A DNA stretch of 64,000 nucleotides from Chloroflexota bacterium (lineage in GTDB: Bacteria > Chloroflexota > UBA11872 > VXNJ01), in NCBI GenBank assembly GCA_030744875.1, contig JASLPR010000003.1:3128-67127 (forward strand), given 5' to 3'. The position numbers and the translations under genes are program-made. The notes beneath the pieces are model-generated. The model made no database searches. It was not told the DNA's origin and saw only the letters and a list, made by a program, of their open reading frames with translations. Position 1 is the stretch's first letter. Each line of letters opens with the position of its first letter. Shown here piece by piece: positions 38,686 to 49,286 of this stretch.

Positions 38686-39456
38686 CTAGTCGGGGTGGTG
38701 GTCGCCGGCGGGCGAGTCGTGGTAGGGATCGTCATCGTCCCGATCCCCGTCGGGCTCGGCGGCGGCGAGGAGCTCCTCAGATTCTTCGTCCGGCTCGGCT
38801 GGCGCGGGAGCGGGTGCGTCGTCCCGGGCGTCGACCAGGTTTCCGGCGGTGGCGGCCGCGACTTCGTCCCATTCGACTTCGTCGGCCAGCTCGGTGAGAT
38901 GGAAGGCGCCGTCGCGGACGGCGAAGACGCCGAGTCCGGTGACGACCATGTCGACGACGCCGCGGCCGGTGAGTGGGAGGCGGCAATACGGGACCAGCTT
39001 GGCCGCACCGTCGTTGCTGGTGTGGCTCATACAAACGATGACCCGGCGCGCACCGACCACCAGGTCCATCGCGCCGCCCATGCCGGAGTCGACCGCCCCG
39101 GGGACGCGCCAGCCGGCGAGATCGCCGTTGTGCGCGACTTCCATCGCCCCGAGGACCGCCACGTCGATGTGGCCGCCGCGCATCATCCGCACTGCCAGGT
39201 CGATATCAAAGAAGGCGGCGTCATCGCGGACCGCCACCGGCGTGCCGGTGGCGTTGCTGACGTCGGGAGCGGCCTTGTTGGCCGTCTCCCGCGGGCCCAG
39301 CCCGAGGACTCCGTTTTCCATGTGCAGCATGACCGGCCCCTTCAGATCGACATGATCGGCGATCCGGGCGGGCATGCCGATGCCGATGCTGACGACGCTT
39401 TCGGAAGCGATCTCGGCGGCCACCCGGGCGGCGATTCCGTCAGAGGTCCAGGCCAC
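38686..39456 (-). CDS. 3-oxoacid/acetate CoA-transferase subunit B with acidic C-terminal tail
   Basis: 256-aa ORF. ENG.LG.GP and the GMGGAMDLV region are typical of the subunit B family. The last ~48 aa are Asp/Glu/Pro-rich. Confidence 0.85.
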   Translation of the reverse strand: MAWTSDGIAARVAAEIASESVVSIGIGMPARIADHVDLKGPVMLHMENGVLGLGPRETANKAAPDVSNATGTPVAVRDDAAFFDIDLAVRMMRGGHIDVAVLGAMEVAHNGDLAGWRVPGAVDSGMGGAMDLVVGARRVIVCMSHTSNDGAAKLVPYCRLPLTGRGVVDMVVTGLGVFAVRDGAFHLTELADEVEWDEVAAATAGNLVDARDDAPAPAPAEPDEESEELLAAAEPDGDRDDDDPYHDSPAGDHHPD

Positions 39457-40164
39457 CTATCCGGGCCTTTCGGTGACCAGGTCGATGAAGACCGACGGCG
39501 TGCCGACCTGCCCGGGATCGAGGTCGCCGGCGTCGAATAGCTGCTCGACTTCGGCGATGACCAGCCCGGCGGCGGTGGCCATCACCGGGTTGATGTTGCG
39601 GGCCGTGCCGCGATATGTGAGGTTGCCGTGGCGATCGCCGCGGAACGCGCCGAGCAGGGCGACATCGGCACGGAGCGGCTCTTCGACCAGGTAGGTCTGG
39701 CCGTTGAAGTCATAGGTGGGTTTGCCCTCGGCCATCGGCGTGCCGAGGCCGGTGGGGGTGAGGAACCCGCCGAGGCCGGCGCCGGCGGCGCGGATGCGCT
39801 CGACCAGTGTGCCAAGCGGGATGAACTCCAGCTCCAGCCCGCCGGAGCGGGCGAGTTCCTGCACGGCGCGGTTGCCGCCGGCGTAGCAGACCGTGAGGCG
39901 GGTGACGAGCCCGGAGATGAGCAGCCGGCCCAGCGCGGTACGCGGGGTGGCGGTGTCGTTGGCGATGACGTGCAGATCGCCGGCGCTGGACCCGGCCAGT
40001 TCGTCGAGCAGGGCGTGCGGCGCGCCGATGTCCATGAAGCCGCCGATCATAACGGTGCTGCCGGGCGCGATGCGGGCGATGGCGGCCGCGATGGTGGTCT
40101 CTTTGTCGGTTGGGCCGACCCCGGCCGCGACCGGATCAAGCGGGCGGGCGGTGATCTCGCTCAT
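39457..40164 (-). CDS. 3-oxoacid/acetate CoA-transferase subunit A
   Basis: 235-aa ORF. G.TVMIGGF...G.P, LE..PQGTL-like (LEFIPLGTLVERIRA) and YRGTARNFN-like motifs. Abuts subunit B. Confidence 0.85.
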   Translation of the reverse strand: MSEITARPLDPVAAGVGPTDKETTIAAAIARIAPGSTVMIGGFMDIGAPHALLDELAGSSAGDLHVIANDTATPRTALGRLLISGLVTRLTVCYAGGNRAVQELARSGGLELEFIPLGTLVERIRAAGAGLGGFLTPTGLGTPMAEGKPTYDFNGQTYLVEEPLRADVALLGAFRGDRHGNLTYRGTARNINPVMATAAGLVIAEVEQLFDAGDLDPGQVGTPSVFIDLVTERPG

Positions 40165-40188
40165 CGGCGGCAGGGGGCGGACACGGCG

Positions 40189-40614
40189 CTAAAGGAACCG
40201 GCGGACCAGCCGGGCAATGAGCCCGCTGAAGCCGAGTGCGACCCCGAAGGCGATGGCGCTGCGGGTGCCCATCAGGGTCCGCACATTGCCTTTGACCGAG
40301 GCGCCGATGAGGGCGATGGTGGCGACGTTGTTGGCCTCGATGTTGCCGCCGACGACCCACTGGGCGGCGCTGTTCTTTATCGTGACGCTGCCGCCGCCGG
40401 TAATGACGGCGGCGCTCTTCTGGATGTCGGTGTTGGCGCCGACGCTGGCGCCAATGGCGCTGAACCGCGTGTTGGCGGTGGCGGACTGGGAGAAGCCGAT
40501 GGCGGACTGGGCGGCGTGCAACTGGCCGGCGCGGGCGCGGCGGATAGCGGTGCGCTGGAAGTCGGCGCGGCCACCGACGTTGACGACATCGACGGGCGGG
40601 TCTTGGGCGGTCAT
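40189..40614 (-). CDS. hypothetical tail-anchored protein with Gly/Ala/Asn-rich beta-strand-like repeats
   Basis: 141-aa ORF. The central region VITGGGSVTIKNSAAQWVVGGNIEANNVATIALIGASVKGNV is followed by one C-terminal hydrophobic helix (AIAFGVALGFSGLIA). No family assigned. Confidence 0.4.
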   Translation of the reverse strand: MTAQDPPVDVVNVGGRADFQRTAIRRARAGQLHAAQSAIGFSQSATANTRFSAIGASVGANTDIQKSAAVITGGGSVTIKNSAAQWVVGGNIEANNVATIALIGASVKGNVRTLMGTRSAIAFGVALGFSGLIARLVRRFL

Positions 40615-40645
40615 CGAGGCCTCCAGTGGCGGGGTGTTGCGGCGT

Positions 40646-41827
40646 TCATCGGTCGGATGTTTGCGACAGCGCGCGCGCGCGCGCGGAACCCATTATGGAG
40701 CGTAGCGGGATGCCGTGCTCGCGGGCCAGGCGGGCGCAATCGTCGTACTCGGGCGCGGCGTCGTGGCGGCGGCCGTCCAGGAACGAAAGTTTGACGCGGA
40801 CGTCGCCCCATTCGGTGGTGACGATGAGGCTGTCGCGGGGGAGCTTGCGGCGGTGCGTCTCGTGGATGCGCACCCCCAGGGTAGAGGTCTCGGCGAAGAG
40901 GACCGCAGCCAGGTGGTCGGCGTCGTCGGGGCGGGCGATGGCCGAAACCATCGTGGCCGGGCGGCCCTTCTTCATCTGGATCGGCGTGGCGTAGGCGTCT
41001 AGTGCGCCCGCCGCCAGGAGGCGCTCGAGGGCGTAGGCGACCACCTCGGGAGAGACATCGTCGAGGTTGGTTTCGATGACCGTGACGACATCGGCGTCGG
41101 GACGGGATTCCGTCTTGCCAATGACTAGGCGGAGCACGTTGGGGGGGTCGGTGTCGCGGGAGCCGGCGCCGTAGCCGGAAGCGCTGACCTGCATGGCCGG
41201 CAGGCGGCCGTAACCGGTGGCCGCGTGGGTGAGGACGAGCGCGCCGGTGGGGGTGAGTAGCTCGGCGCGGTCGGTGGAGGAGAAGACGGGCGCGTTCGCC
41301 GCCTCGAGCACGTTCAGCGTTGCCATGCCGGGGACCGGTATCTTGCCGTGCTGGGTGCGGACGGTGCCGCCGCCGGTGTTCATCGGCGCGACCACGATCT
41401 GGCCCGCATCGAGCCATTCGAGTCCGGCCGCCGCGCCGACGATGTCGAGGATCGAGTCGACCGCGCCGACTTCATGGAAGTGGACTTCGTCGATGGTGCT
41501 GCCGTGGGCGCGGGCTTCGGCGACGGCCAGGTCGCGGAACATGGCGATGGCGCGATCGCGGACCGCCGGCGCCAGGGAACTAGCCTCGATGATGCCGGTG
41601 ATGGCGGCGAGGTTGCGGTGGTGGTGCTCTTCGCCAATCTCAAAGTGGACGTGGGTGGCGGCGATCGGCCCGCGGGTGACCTTCTCAACCTTCATCTTGT
41701 AGTTGTCGAGGGGGAGCTTGGCGAGCTCGAAGCCGAGCTCGCCAGCGGGCCAACCGGCGTCGACCAGCGCGCCGAGGAACATGTCTCCGGCGGCGCCGGC
41801 GAAGGCATCGAAGAAGGCGATTTTCAC
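40646..41827 (-). CDS. larC: nickel-pincer cofactor biosynthesis protein LarC (nickel insertion, DUF111)
   Basis: 393-aa ORF. MKIAFFDAFAGAAGDM N-terminus, His-rich EEHHHR, HFHEVGA.DSI.D motif. Confidence 0.85.
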   Translation of the reverse strand: MKIAFFDAFAGAAGDMFLGALVDAGWPAGELGFELAKLPLDNYKMKVEKVTRGPIAATHVHFEIGEEHHHRNLAAITGIIEASSLAPAVRDRAIAMFRDLAVAEARAHGSTIDEVHFHEVGAVDSILDIVGAAAGLEWLDAGQIVVAPMNTGGGTVRTQHGKIPVPGMATLNVLEAANAPVFSSTDRAELLTPTGALVLTHAATGYGRLPAMQVSASGYGAGSRDTDPPNVLRLVIGKTESRPDADVVTVIETNLDDVSPEVVAYALERLLAAGALDAYATPIQMKKGRPATMVSAIARPDDADHLAAVLFAETSTLGVRIHETHRRKLPRDSLIVTTEWGDVRVKLSFLDGRRHDAAPEYDDCARLAREHGIPLRSIMGSARARALSQTSDR

Positions 41828-42579
41828 GCGCTGTCCCGCGCACTACGGCAGATCTGGGCGGCCAGGTAACCGGCGCCGAAGCCGTTGTCGATGTTGACCA
41901 CCGAAACCCCGGGGGCGCAGGAGTTGAGCATGGCCAGGAGTGGGGCCAGCCCCTGGAACGCCGCGCCGTAGCCGACGCTGGTGGGCACCGCGATGACCGG
42001 CTTGTCGACCAGCCCGGCGACCACGCTGGGCAGCGCGCCCTCCATGCCGGCGACGGCCACCAGGACCGTGGCGTCATCGAGCGTCTCTCGGTTGCGCAGC
42101 AGCCGGTGGATGCCGGCCACGCCGACGTCCCAGAGCCGCGCTACCGGCGCGCCGTAGGCGGCGGCGGTGATGGCGGCCTCTTCGGCGATCGGGATGTCGG
42201 ATGAACCACCGGTGATGACCGCGACCGAGCCGGGCAGGGCCGGGGGCGCGCCGACCGCGATGGCGATCACGCGGGCCGCTTCGTTGTAGTCGGCCCCGGG
42301 GAGCGCCTGACGCACGGCGGCGAAGTCTTCGGCGGAGGCCTTTGTCGCGATGACCGTCTGGCCGGAATCGACCAGCGAGGCGGCGATGGCGGCGATCTGT
42401 TCGGGGCTCTTGCCGGGGCAGTAGATGGCCTCGGGGAAGCCGGTGCGGTCGGCGCGATGGCTGTCTACCTTGGCGAAGCCGAGGTCGTCGTAGGGCTCGA
42501 TGAGACGGCGGGCAGCGTCGTCGACCGAAAGCCGGCCGTCGGCCACCTGGCGCAGGAGGTCGTCGATGGGCCCGAACAT
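41824..42579 (-). CDS. larB: nickel-pincer cofactor biosynthesis protein LarB (AIR-carboxylase-like)
   Basis: 251-aa ORF. D..R..RTGFPE.IYC.GK N-terminal region plus a PurE-like C-terminal domain (GGSSD.P...E, VAVAGMEGALPSVV). ATGA-type overlap with larC. Confidence 0.85.
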   Translation of the reverse strand: MFGPIDDLLRQVADGRLSVDDAARRLIEPYDDLGFAKVDSHRADRTGFPEAIYCPGKSPEQIAAIAASLVDSGQTVIATKASAEDFAAVRQALPGADYNEAARVIAIAVGAPPALPGSVAVITGGSSDIPIAEEAAITAAAYGAPVARLWDVGVAGIHRLLRNRETLDDATVLVAVAGMEGALPSVVAGLVDKPVIAVPTSVGYGAAFQGLAPLLAMLNSCAPGVSVVNIDNGFGAGYLAAQICRSARDSA

Positions 42580-42583
42580 GCAG

Positions 42584-43909
<1,326 letters not shown>

Positions 43910-44381
43910 CTATTTCGGCGATTCGACAGGGATCGGGCCGACTGATTGATTGGCCCATCGCCGGTCAAATCAAGCATTTTGGACGGAGGAGAAGTATAGC
44001 GAAGCCTGTGGCGAGTCACTCCGGGGAAGCTGGTGCCGGCCCCGGGGGATGAACGGGTATTGGCGGGGCAAGCCGCATGATTCAGTTTGCGGGTGCCACC
44101 GGGGAGATTCCGTATGACGAGCGGCTGCGTCGACGGTGAGGTCAGGCGGTGGCGGGCTAGTCGCATCGGACGCGCCCGAAACGGGTCAAACTGACTAGTT
44201 GCGACTACTAGGATTGATAGCCCAAACCTACCAGATTCAGGGGGCCCATTTGGATAGAGTTGTCCGCATACTGGCTGCGGCAGGGTGCACGATGATCTGT
44301 AAGCGCCGGAACCAAAGGGGCGAATCGGTCGCTGTACGTTGCCTAGTAAGCGCGTGAGAACAAGGTCTTGATGGGGGTCAG

Positions 44382-46073
44382 ATGAATCTTTATGCAGGTG
44401 TGCGGCCGCGACGGCTTCGGGGGATTCCGGTCGTTGCGACCGCAGTGGTGTTGCTCGTCATGACTGTGCTGGTCGCGGCCTGCGATGGCGGCGCAGCTCG
44501 GGAAGTATCGGACGCTCCGGCCAGCCCGGCGCCCCCTCCACCGGCCGTGGCCAGGGCCACGGATCCGCCAGCGGCGGACGAACCCACCGCGGTGCCGGCA
44601 ACCGAACCGACTACGGCCCCGGTCGAAACCGGGGTAGCGATCGAGGAGTTCTTCAGTCAACCGATTGCGGCGATCTCGCACGCCGAGCCGTCTCTGCGGG
44701 ACCTGGAGGTCAGCCAGAAGACGATCTTCGCGGCTGTTGGGGCGCGTATTTCGTAGACCAATGACGACGGTATTGTCCACAACCTGCAAGCACTCTCCGG
44801 CGAGTTCGATGTGGACCTGGCCCCGGGAGAGACGTTCGAGTGGCAGCCGGACGCGCCGAGTGCGATTCGGTACGTCTGCACCCTTCACAACAACATTCAC
44901 GGGGTAATCGTGGTGCCGGTCGCTTCGGCGGTGGCGCCCGACTATTACGATGGCCGCTCCATCAGCCAGTACTTCACCGACAGCTGTGGCGGTTGCCACG
45001 GGGCAAACCGCGAAGGCGGCACGGGGCTGGCTTTGCTGCCGGGACGGTTGGGCAGCGACGACCAGTTCTACTTTAGACGCCATCATGAACGGCCGCGAAA
45101 ACACGATCATGCCGGCCTGGGCGAACCTGGGCCTGAGCGCTGAAGAGGCCTGGGGACTGGTTGCGTTCATGCGCAGCGATCCTGACGCCGAAACCGTGGA
45201 ATGGGACCTCGACGAGATCGCGGCTTTACTGGTGGTCCTGGTCGCTGACGAGGACCTGGTGGACGAACCGCAGCTGGACGCCAACATTGACAACATGTTG
45301 CTGGTGACCGAGCGGGAAAACCGCAGCATCGCGCTGCTGGATGGCGACACCCACACGCTGGTGAAGCACATCGATGCCAGCTACCGCGCCCACGGCTTCG
45401 TGTTCGACCCGACCGGCGATCGCTGGGTATACAACCTGGGCCGCGACGGCTGGGTTTTCAAGATCGACCTATACACGGGTGAAGCGGTGTGCAAGGTCCG
45501 CGTCGGCCACGACTCACGCGGCCTGGCGATTTCCGATGACGGTAGGTACATCATCGCCGGCAACTACATCCCGAACTCGGCGGTGATCCTGAACGCCGAT
45601 ACGCTGGAACCGGCAATACCTCGCACCCGGGTTCGGGCGCGGTGCGGGAGGCTGACGGCCTGCAGTACGGCGCGACGGTCCACGCCGGTGAAGGCCAGGT
45701 GACGATCTGGGACCTGGAGACCAACGAGATCGCGGGCACGGTGCCGACGGCCGGGCCGGGTCTGTTCGTCCGCAGTCACGATCACAGCCCCTACGCCTGG
45801 GCGGACGCGTTGTTCGCGCAGCCGCAGATGACGATCACGGTCTTCGAGAAGGAAGCCCCGTTCGAGATCGTGGGCGTGATTGACGACGGCGTTATGACGC
45901 TGCATCCGGAGTTCACGGCGGACGGCAAGTTCGCCTACGTGAGCGACTGGAACGGCGCTATGGTGCGGGTCTACGACGCGGTGACGCTGGAATTGGTGGC
46001 GGAGATCGAGGGCGTGATCACCCCGACCGGCATCTTCAGTGTCGAGCGTCGGCTGGAGACGCTGGGCCACTAG
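44382..46073 (+). pseudogene. lipoprotein cupredoxin - cytochrome c - cytochrome cd1 (NirS-like) beta-propeller fusion, disrupted
   Basis: N-terminus MNLY...LVAAC (lipobox) and an Ala/Pro linker lead into a cupredoxin-like strand ...AVGARIS*TNDDGIVHN...YVCTLHNNIHG. TAG lies in frame at 44754-44756 (44382 and 44811 are both frame 0). Next comes the haem c site CGGCHG ... TIMPAW, split by an extra A at 45075 (..QFYF | DAIMNGRE..). Then cd1-type propeller sequence LLVTERENRSIALLDGDTH...GRDGWVFKIDL...ILNADTLEP, a frame change at ~45605-45640, and finally HPGSGA...LFVRSHDHSP...TPTGIFSVERR. Confidence 0.7.
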
Positions 46074-46094
46074 GCCCCATTCGGGACACACCAG

Positions 46095-46128
46095 GGCCCC
46101 GGGCGGCGAGAGCCGCCCGGGGCCTTTT
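46095..46128 (+). terminator. intrinsic terminator
   Basis: Perfect 13-bp stem GGCCCCGGGCGGC-GAGA-GCCGCCCGGGGCC followed by TTTTGCTTTG, 22 nt after the stop at 46071-46073. Confidence 0.8.
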
Positions 46129-46151
46129 GCTTTGCCGGGATTTGATGGGGG

Positions 46152-46964
46152 TCAGGCGAACTCGTCGCCGACGAACTCGCGCATGATTTCGACGAAGCGC
46201 TCGGACTCTTCCCACTCGAGCAGGTGGCTGCAGCCGGGGAACTCGACGACGCGGGCGTCGGGCATGACCTCGACCATGCGGGCGGCCATTTCGGCGCTGA
46301 GGACGTTGCTGTGCTCGCCGTGGGGGATGAGGGTGGGGGCGGTGATCCGGGGAAGGCCCTCCCATAGATTCCGTGGGCTGCGCAGGACGGTCGAGAAGGC
46401 CGGGTCGAAACGGACGGCCAGCGCGCCATTGTCGGTCCAGCGCAGGTTGTTGGCGATGAAGGCGGCGGGATCGCCGAGGGCCGTGGGGGAGTCCTTGAGA
46501 TCGGCGAATGCGGCGTCGTAGGAATCCCAGGCGAGGGGCCGGTCTTCGGCCCGGGGGTGGTCGCGGTGCGGCATCTCGGGTCCGATGTCCTTAAGAAGGA
46601 GTTTGCTGGTGGGTATCTCGCCGCGCCCGAAGAGGCACATGGAGATGGCGCCGCCGAGGCTGTGCCCAAGGACGAGGGGGTTCTTGATTCCCATGGCGTC
46701 GATGAATTGCGCGGTGTCGTCGGCGAACTCGTCGATGTCGTAGGAATCGGCGCGGGAGCTCTGGCCGTGGCCGCGATGGTCGGGCGCCCAGACGTGGCAG
46801 TTGGGGAAGAGCTCTTCGATGAACCAGGCGTGGTTGACGGCCATCGAGGTGGCGCCGTGCAAGACTAGGACGTGGGGGCCGTTGTCACCCCATTCGAGGT
46901 AGTGGAGGCCGACGTTTTCGAGCGGGATGTAGCCTTCGCGGTAGCTGCGGCGGTGGGCGGTCAT
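46152..46964 (-). CDS. alpha/beta hydrolase
   Basis: 270-aa ORF. HG..S-type oxyanion region (VLVLHGATS) and nucleophile elbow GHSLGG. Confidence 0.78.
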   Translation of the reverse strand: MTAHRRSYREGYIPLENVGLHYLEWGDNGPHVLVLHGATSMAVNHAWFIEELFPNCHVWAPDHRGHGQSSRADSYDIDEFADDTAQFIDAMGIKNPLVLGHSLGGAISMCLFGRGEIPTSKLLLKDIGPEMPHRDHPRAEDRPLAWDSYDAAFADLKDSPTALGDPAAFIANNLRWTDNGALAVRFDPAFSTVLRSPRNLWEGLPRITAPTLIPHGEHSNVLSAEMAARMVEVMPDARVVEFPGCSHLLEWEESERFVEIMREFVGDEFA

Positions 46965-47060
46965 CGGGGGCCTCGCGGGGGAAGACGGCGCGATTCATCT
47001 TAGTGGTCGCGGCGGTGGTGGATAATCGCGGGCCGGAATAGTGCGCCGAGGAGATTGCCC

Positions 47061-48836
47061 GTGAACTTGCCCAGGCTGGAATACCCGCGACCGCAATTCG
47101 TTCGTGACGAGTGGCTGAACCTGAACGGCGAGTGGGACTACGCGCTGGATCCCGGCGACTCGGGTGTGGAGCGGGGGTGGGGGACGGAAGGGTTCGCGCC
47201 GGACGGCAAGATCACGGTGCCGTTCTGCCCGGAGTGCGACCGGTCGGGACTGCGGCAGCGGGATTTCATCGCGGCGATCTGGTACCGGCGGGAATTCACG
47301 ATTCCGGTGGAGTGGGCCGGACGGCGCATAAGGCTGAACTTCGGCGCGGTGGATTACGAGTGCCGGGTGTGGGTGAACGGGACACCGGTGGGCGGGCACG
47401 AGGGTGGCAGCGTGTCGTTCGGATTCGACATCACGGCGGCGCTGCGGGACGGAGCAAACGAAGTGGTGGTGCTGGCGCGGGATGACGTGCGCTCGGGCCT
47501 GCAACCGGGTGGGAAGCAGTCGGCGACCTACCAGCCGCGCGGCGCGATGTACTGGCGGATCACCGGCATCTGGCAGACGGTTTGGCTGGAGCCGGTGGCG
47601 GAGGCCTACCTGGGCGCGGTGCAGGTACTGCCGGACCTGGACGGAGGCAGCTTCACGGTGCTGCCCGAGGTACTGGGACCGGCGGCCGGGCTGGAGCTGG
47701 GAGTGAAGTTGCTGGAGGATGGCGAGGTGGTGGCGCGGTGGGAGGGTGGGGCGGGGACCCCGGCTCTGAACCTGCAACTGGAGGACGTGCGTGCCTGGTC
47801 GCCGGACGATCCATTCTTGTACGACCTCGACTTCGAACTGCTTCGCGGAAACGAAACGGTGGACCGGGTGGCGAGCTACGCCGGATCGCGCAAGGTGCAT
47901 ATCGAGGGCAATCGGGTCCTGCTGAACAACAAACCGATCTTCTTGCGGCTGGTCCTGGACCAGGGCTTCTACCCGGAGGGCCTCTGGACGGCGCCGACGG
48001 ACGCGGACTTGAAGGCAGATATCGAGCGCTCGATGGCGGTGGGTTTCAACGGAGCGCGGCTGCATCAGAAGCTCTTCAAGGAGCGCTTTCATTACTGGGC
48101 CGACCGGCTGGGCTATCTGACCTGGGGCGAATTTCCGGACTGGGGCATGGACTTCGGCAAATCCCGCTCGGTGGCGAATCAGCAACGCGAGTGGGCGGCG
48201 GTGGTGCGCCGGGACCGGAATCACCCGTCGATCATCGCCTGGACGCCCTATAACGAGACGACCCACACCGGCGGCGACCGGCATCTGGCGGAACACGCTC
48301 GGGCGGTGATGGATACCTATGAACTGACCCGGGCGTTGGACCCGACGCGGCCGGTGAATGACTGCAGCGGCTACATCCACGTGCGGACCGATATTCAGTC
48401 GGTGCACGACTACGAGCAGGATCCCCAGGTGTTCGCGGAGCGCTACCGGTCGGTGGACCCGGAGAAGCCGGAGGCGGCGTACACGCGCTTCCCGGAGATC
48501 TCGACGCCGTACGCCGGCGAGCCCTACATCGTGGATGAGTACGGCGGGACCTGGTGGGAGGAACGGCCCGAGGACGGGGCGGGGACGGACCGCGCCGGCA
48601 GCTGGGGCTACGGTGAGCGGCCGGCGGACAAGGAGGACGTGTACACGCGGATCTCGGCGCTGACCGGGGTGCTGACCGGGCATTCAGAGATGGCCGGGTT
48701 CTGCTACACGCAACTCACTGACGTGGAGCAGGAGCGCAACGGGCTCTACACGTATGACCGCAAGGCGAAGTTCGACGTGGAGCGGTTGCGGAGGATCTTT
48801 GCTGGAACGGGCGGAACGGGCAGCCCGGCGGGCTAG
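47061..48836 (+). CDS. glycoside hydrolase family 2 protein (beta-galactosidase/glucuronidase-like)
   Basis: Sugar-binding, Ig-like and TIM-barrel pattern (PRPQF.R..W..LNG.W.....; NG..VG.H.GG...F..DIT; NHPSII.W...NE). GTG 47061 is preferred because GAGGAG lies 6 nt upstream. The track starts at TTG 47055. Confidence 0.8.
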   Translation: MNLPRLEYPRPQFVRDEWLNLNGEWDYALDPGDSGVERGWGTEGFAPDGKITVPFCPECDRSGLRQRDFIAAIWYRREFTIPVEWAGRRIRLNFGAVDYECRVWVNGTPVGGHEGGSVSFGFDITAALRDGANEVVVLARDDVRSGLQPGGKQSATYQPRGAMYWRITGIWQTVWLEPVAEAYLGAVQVLPDLDGGSFTVLPEVLGPAAGLELGVKLLEDGEVVARWEGGAGTPALNLQLEDVRAWSPDDPFLYDLDFELLRGNETVDRVASYAGSRKVHIEGNRVLLNNKPIFLRLVLDQGFYPEGLWTAPTDADLKADIERSMAVGFNGARLHQKLFKERFHYWADRLGYLTWGEFPDWGMDFGKSRSVANQQREWAAVVRRDRNHPSIIAWTPYNETTHTGGDRHLAEHARAVMDTYELTRALDPTRPVNDCSGYIHVRTDIQSVHDYEQDPQVFAERYRSVDPEKPEAAYTRFPEISTPYAGEPYIVDEYGGTWWEERPEDGAGTDRAGSWGYGERPADKEDVYTRISALTGVLTGHSEMAGFCYTQLTDVEQERNGLYTYDRKAKFDVERLRRIFAGTGGTGSPAG

Positions 48837-49200
48837 GCTTCTTCGCCCTCTTCGGACTCGTCGCCGCCGCCGCCGAGCAGGGACATGGTCTCATTGATGT
48901 TGTCGAGGACGACCTTTTCGAGATCGCCGAATTCGCCCTGGTTGACGCCGATGCAGGCCGCCACGAGGGTGCTGGTTTCGGCGCCATCACCGGGATCGGG
49001 GCTGGCGTGGTGCGAGCGAATGGCGCCGAAACCAGCACCCGGGCGGTGAGCGCCTAGTCGGACTTGAGGAGATCGGCGATCTGGGTGGCCGAGGTATCGG
49101 CCTGGCTGCTCTTTTGCAGGATGGCGGTGGCCGTGCTCGGCAGCGGCACCGCGTCAGGGGCATCCTCGAGGATTTTGTCTACTTCAAGATCGCCAGCCAT
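48834..49200 (-). pseudogene. HDOD-domain-like gene remnant (in-frame TAG, then frame change; truncated)
   Basis: ATG 49198-49200 with GGAG 7 nt upstream. MAGDLEVDKILEDAPDAVPLPSTATAILQKSSQADTSATQIADLLKSD*ALTARVL resembles the HDOD N-terminus (LP.LP......L......s...la.li..DP.Lta.vL). The TAG at 49054-49056 sits where Pro is usual. Beyond ~49030 the GC3-biased frame shifts (..GFGAIRSHH...EGEEA*), ending at 48834. Far too short for a full HDOD domain. Confidence 0.35.
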
Positions 49201-49286
49201 CGGAACTCCGCTTCCCGGAATATGTGCCGGAATAGGTCCTGATCCGCCCCTGGGAAACCATATCGTAGGCAGGTTGGCGGGCGATC

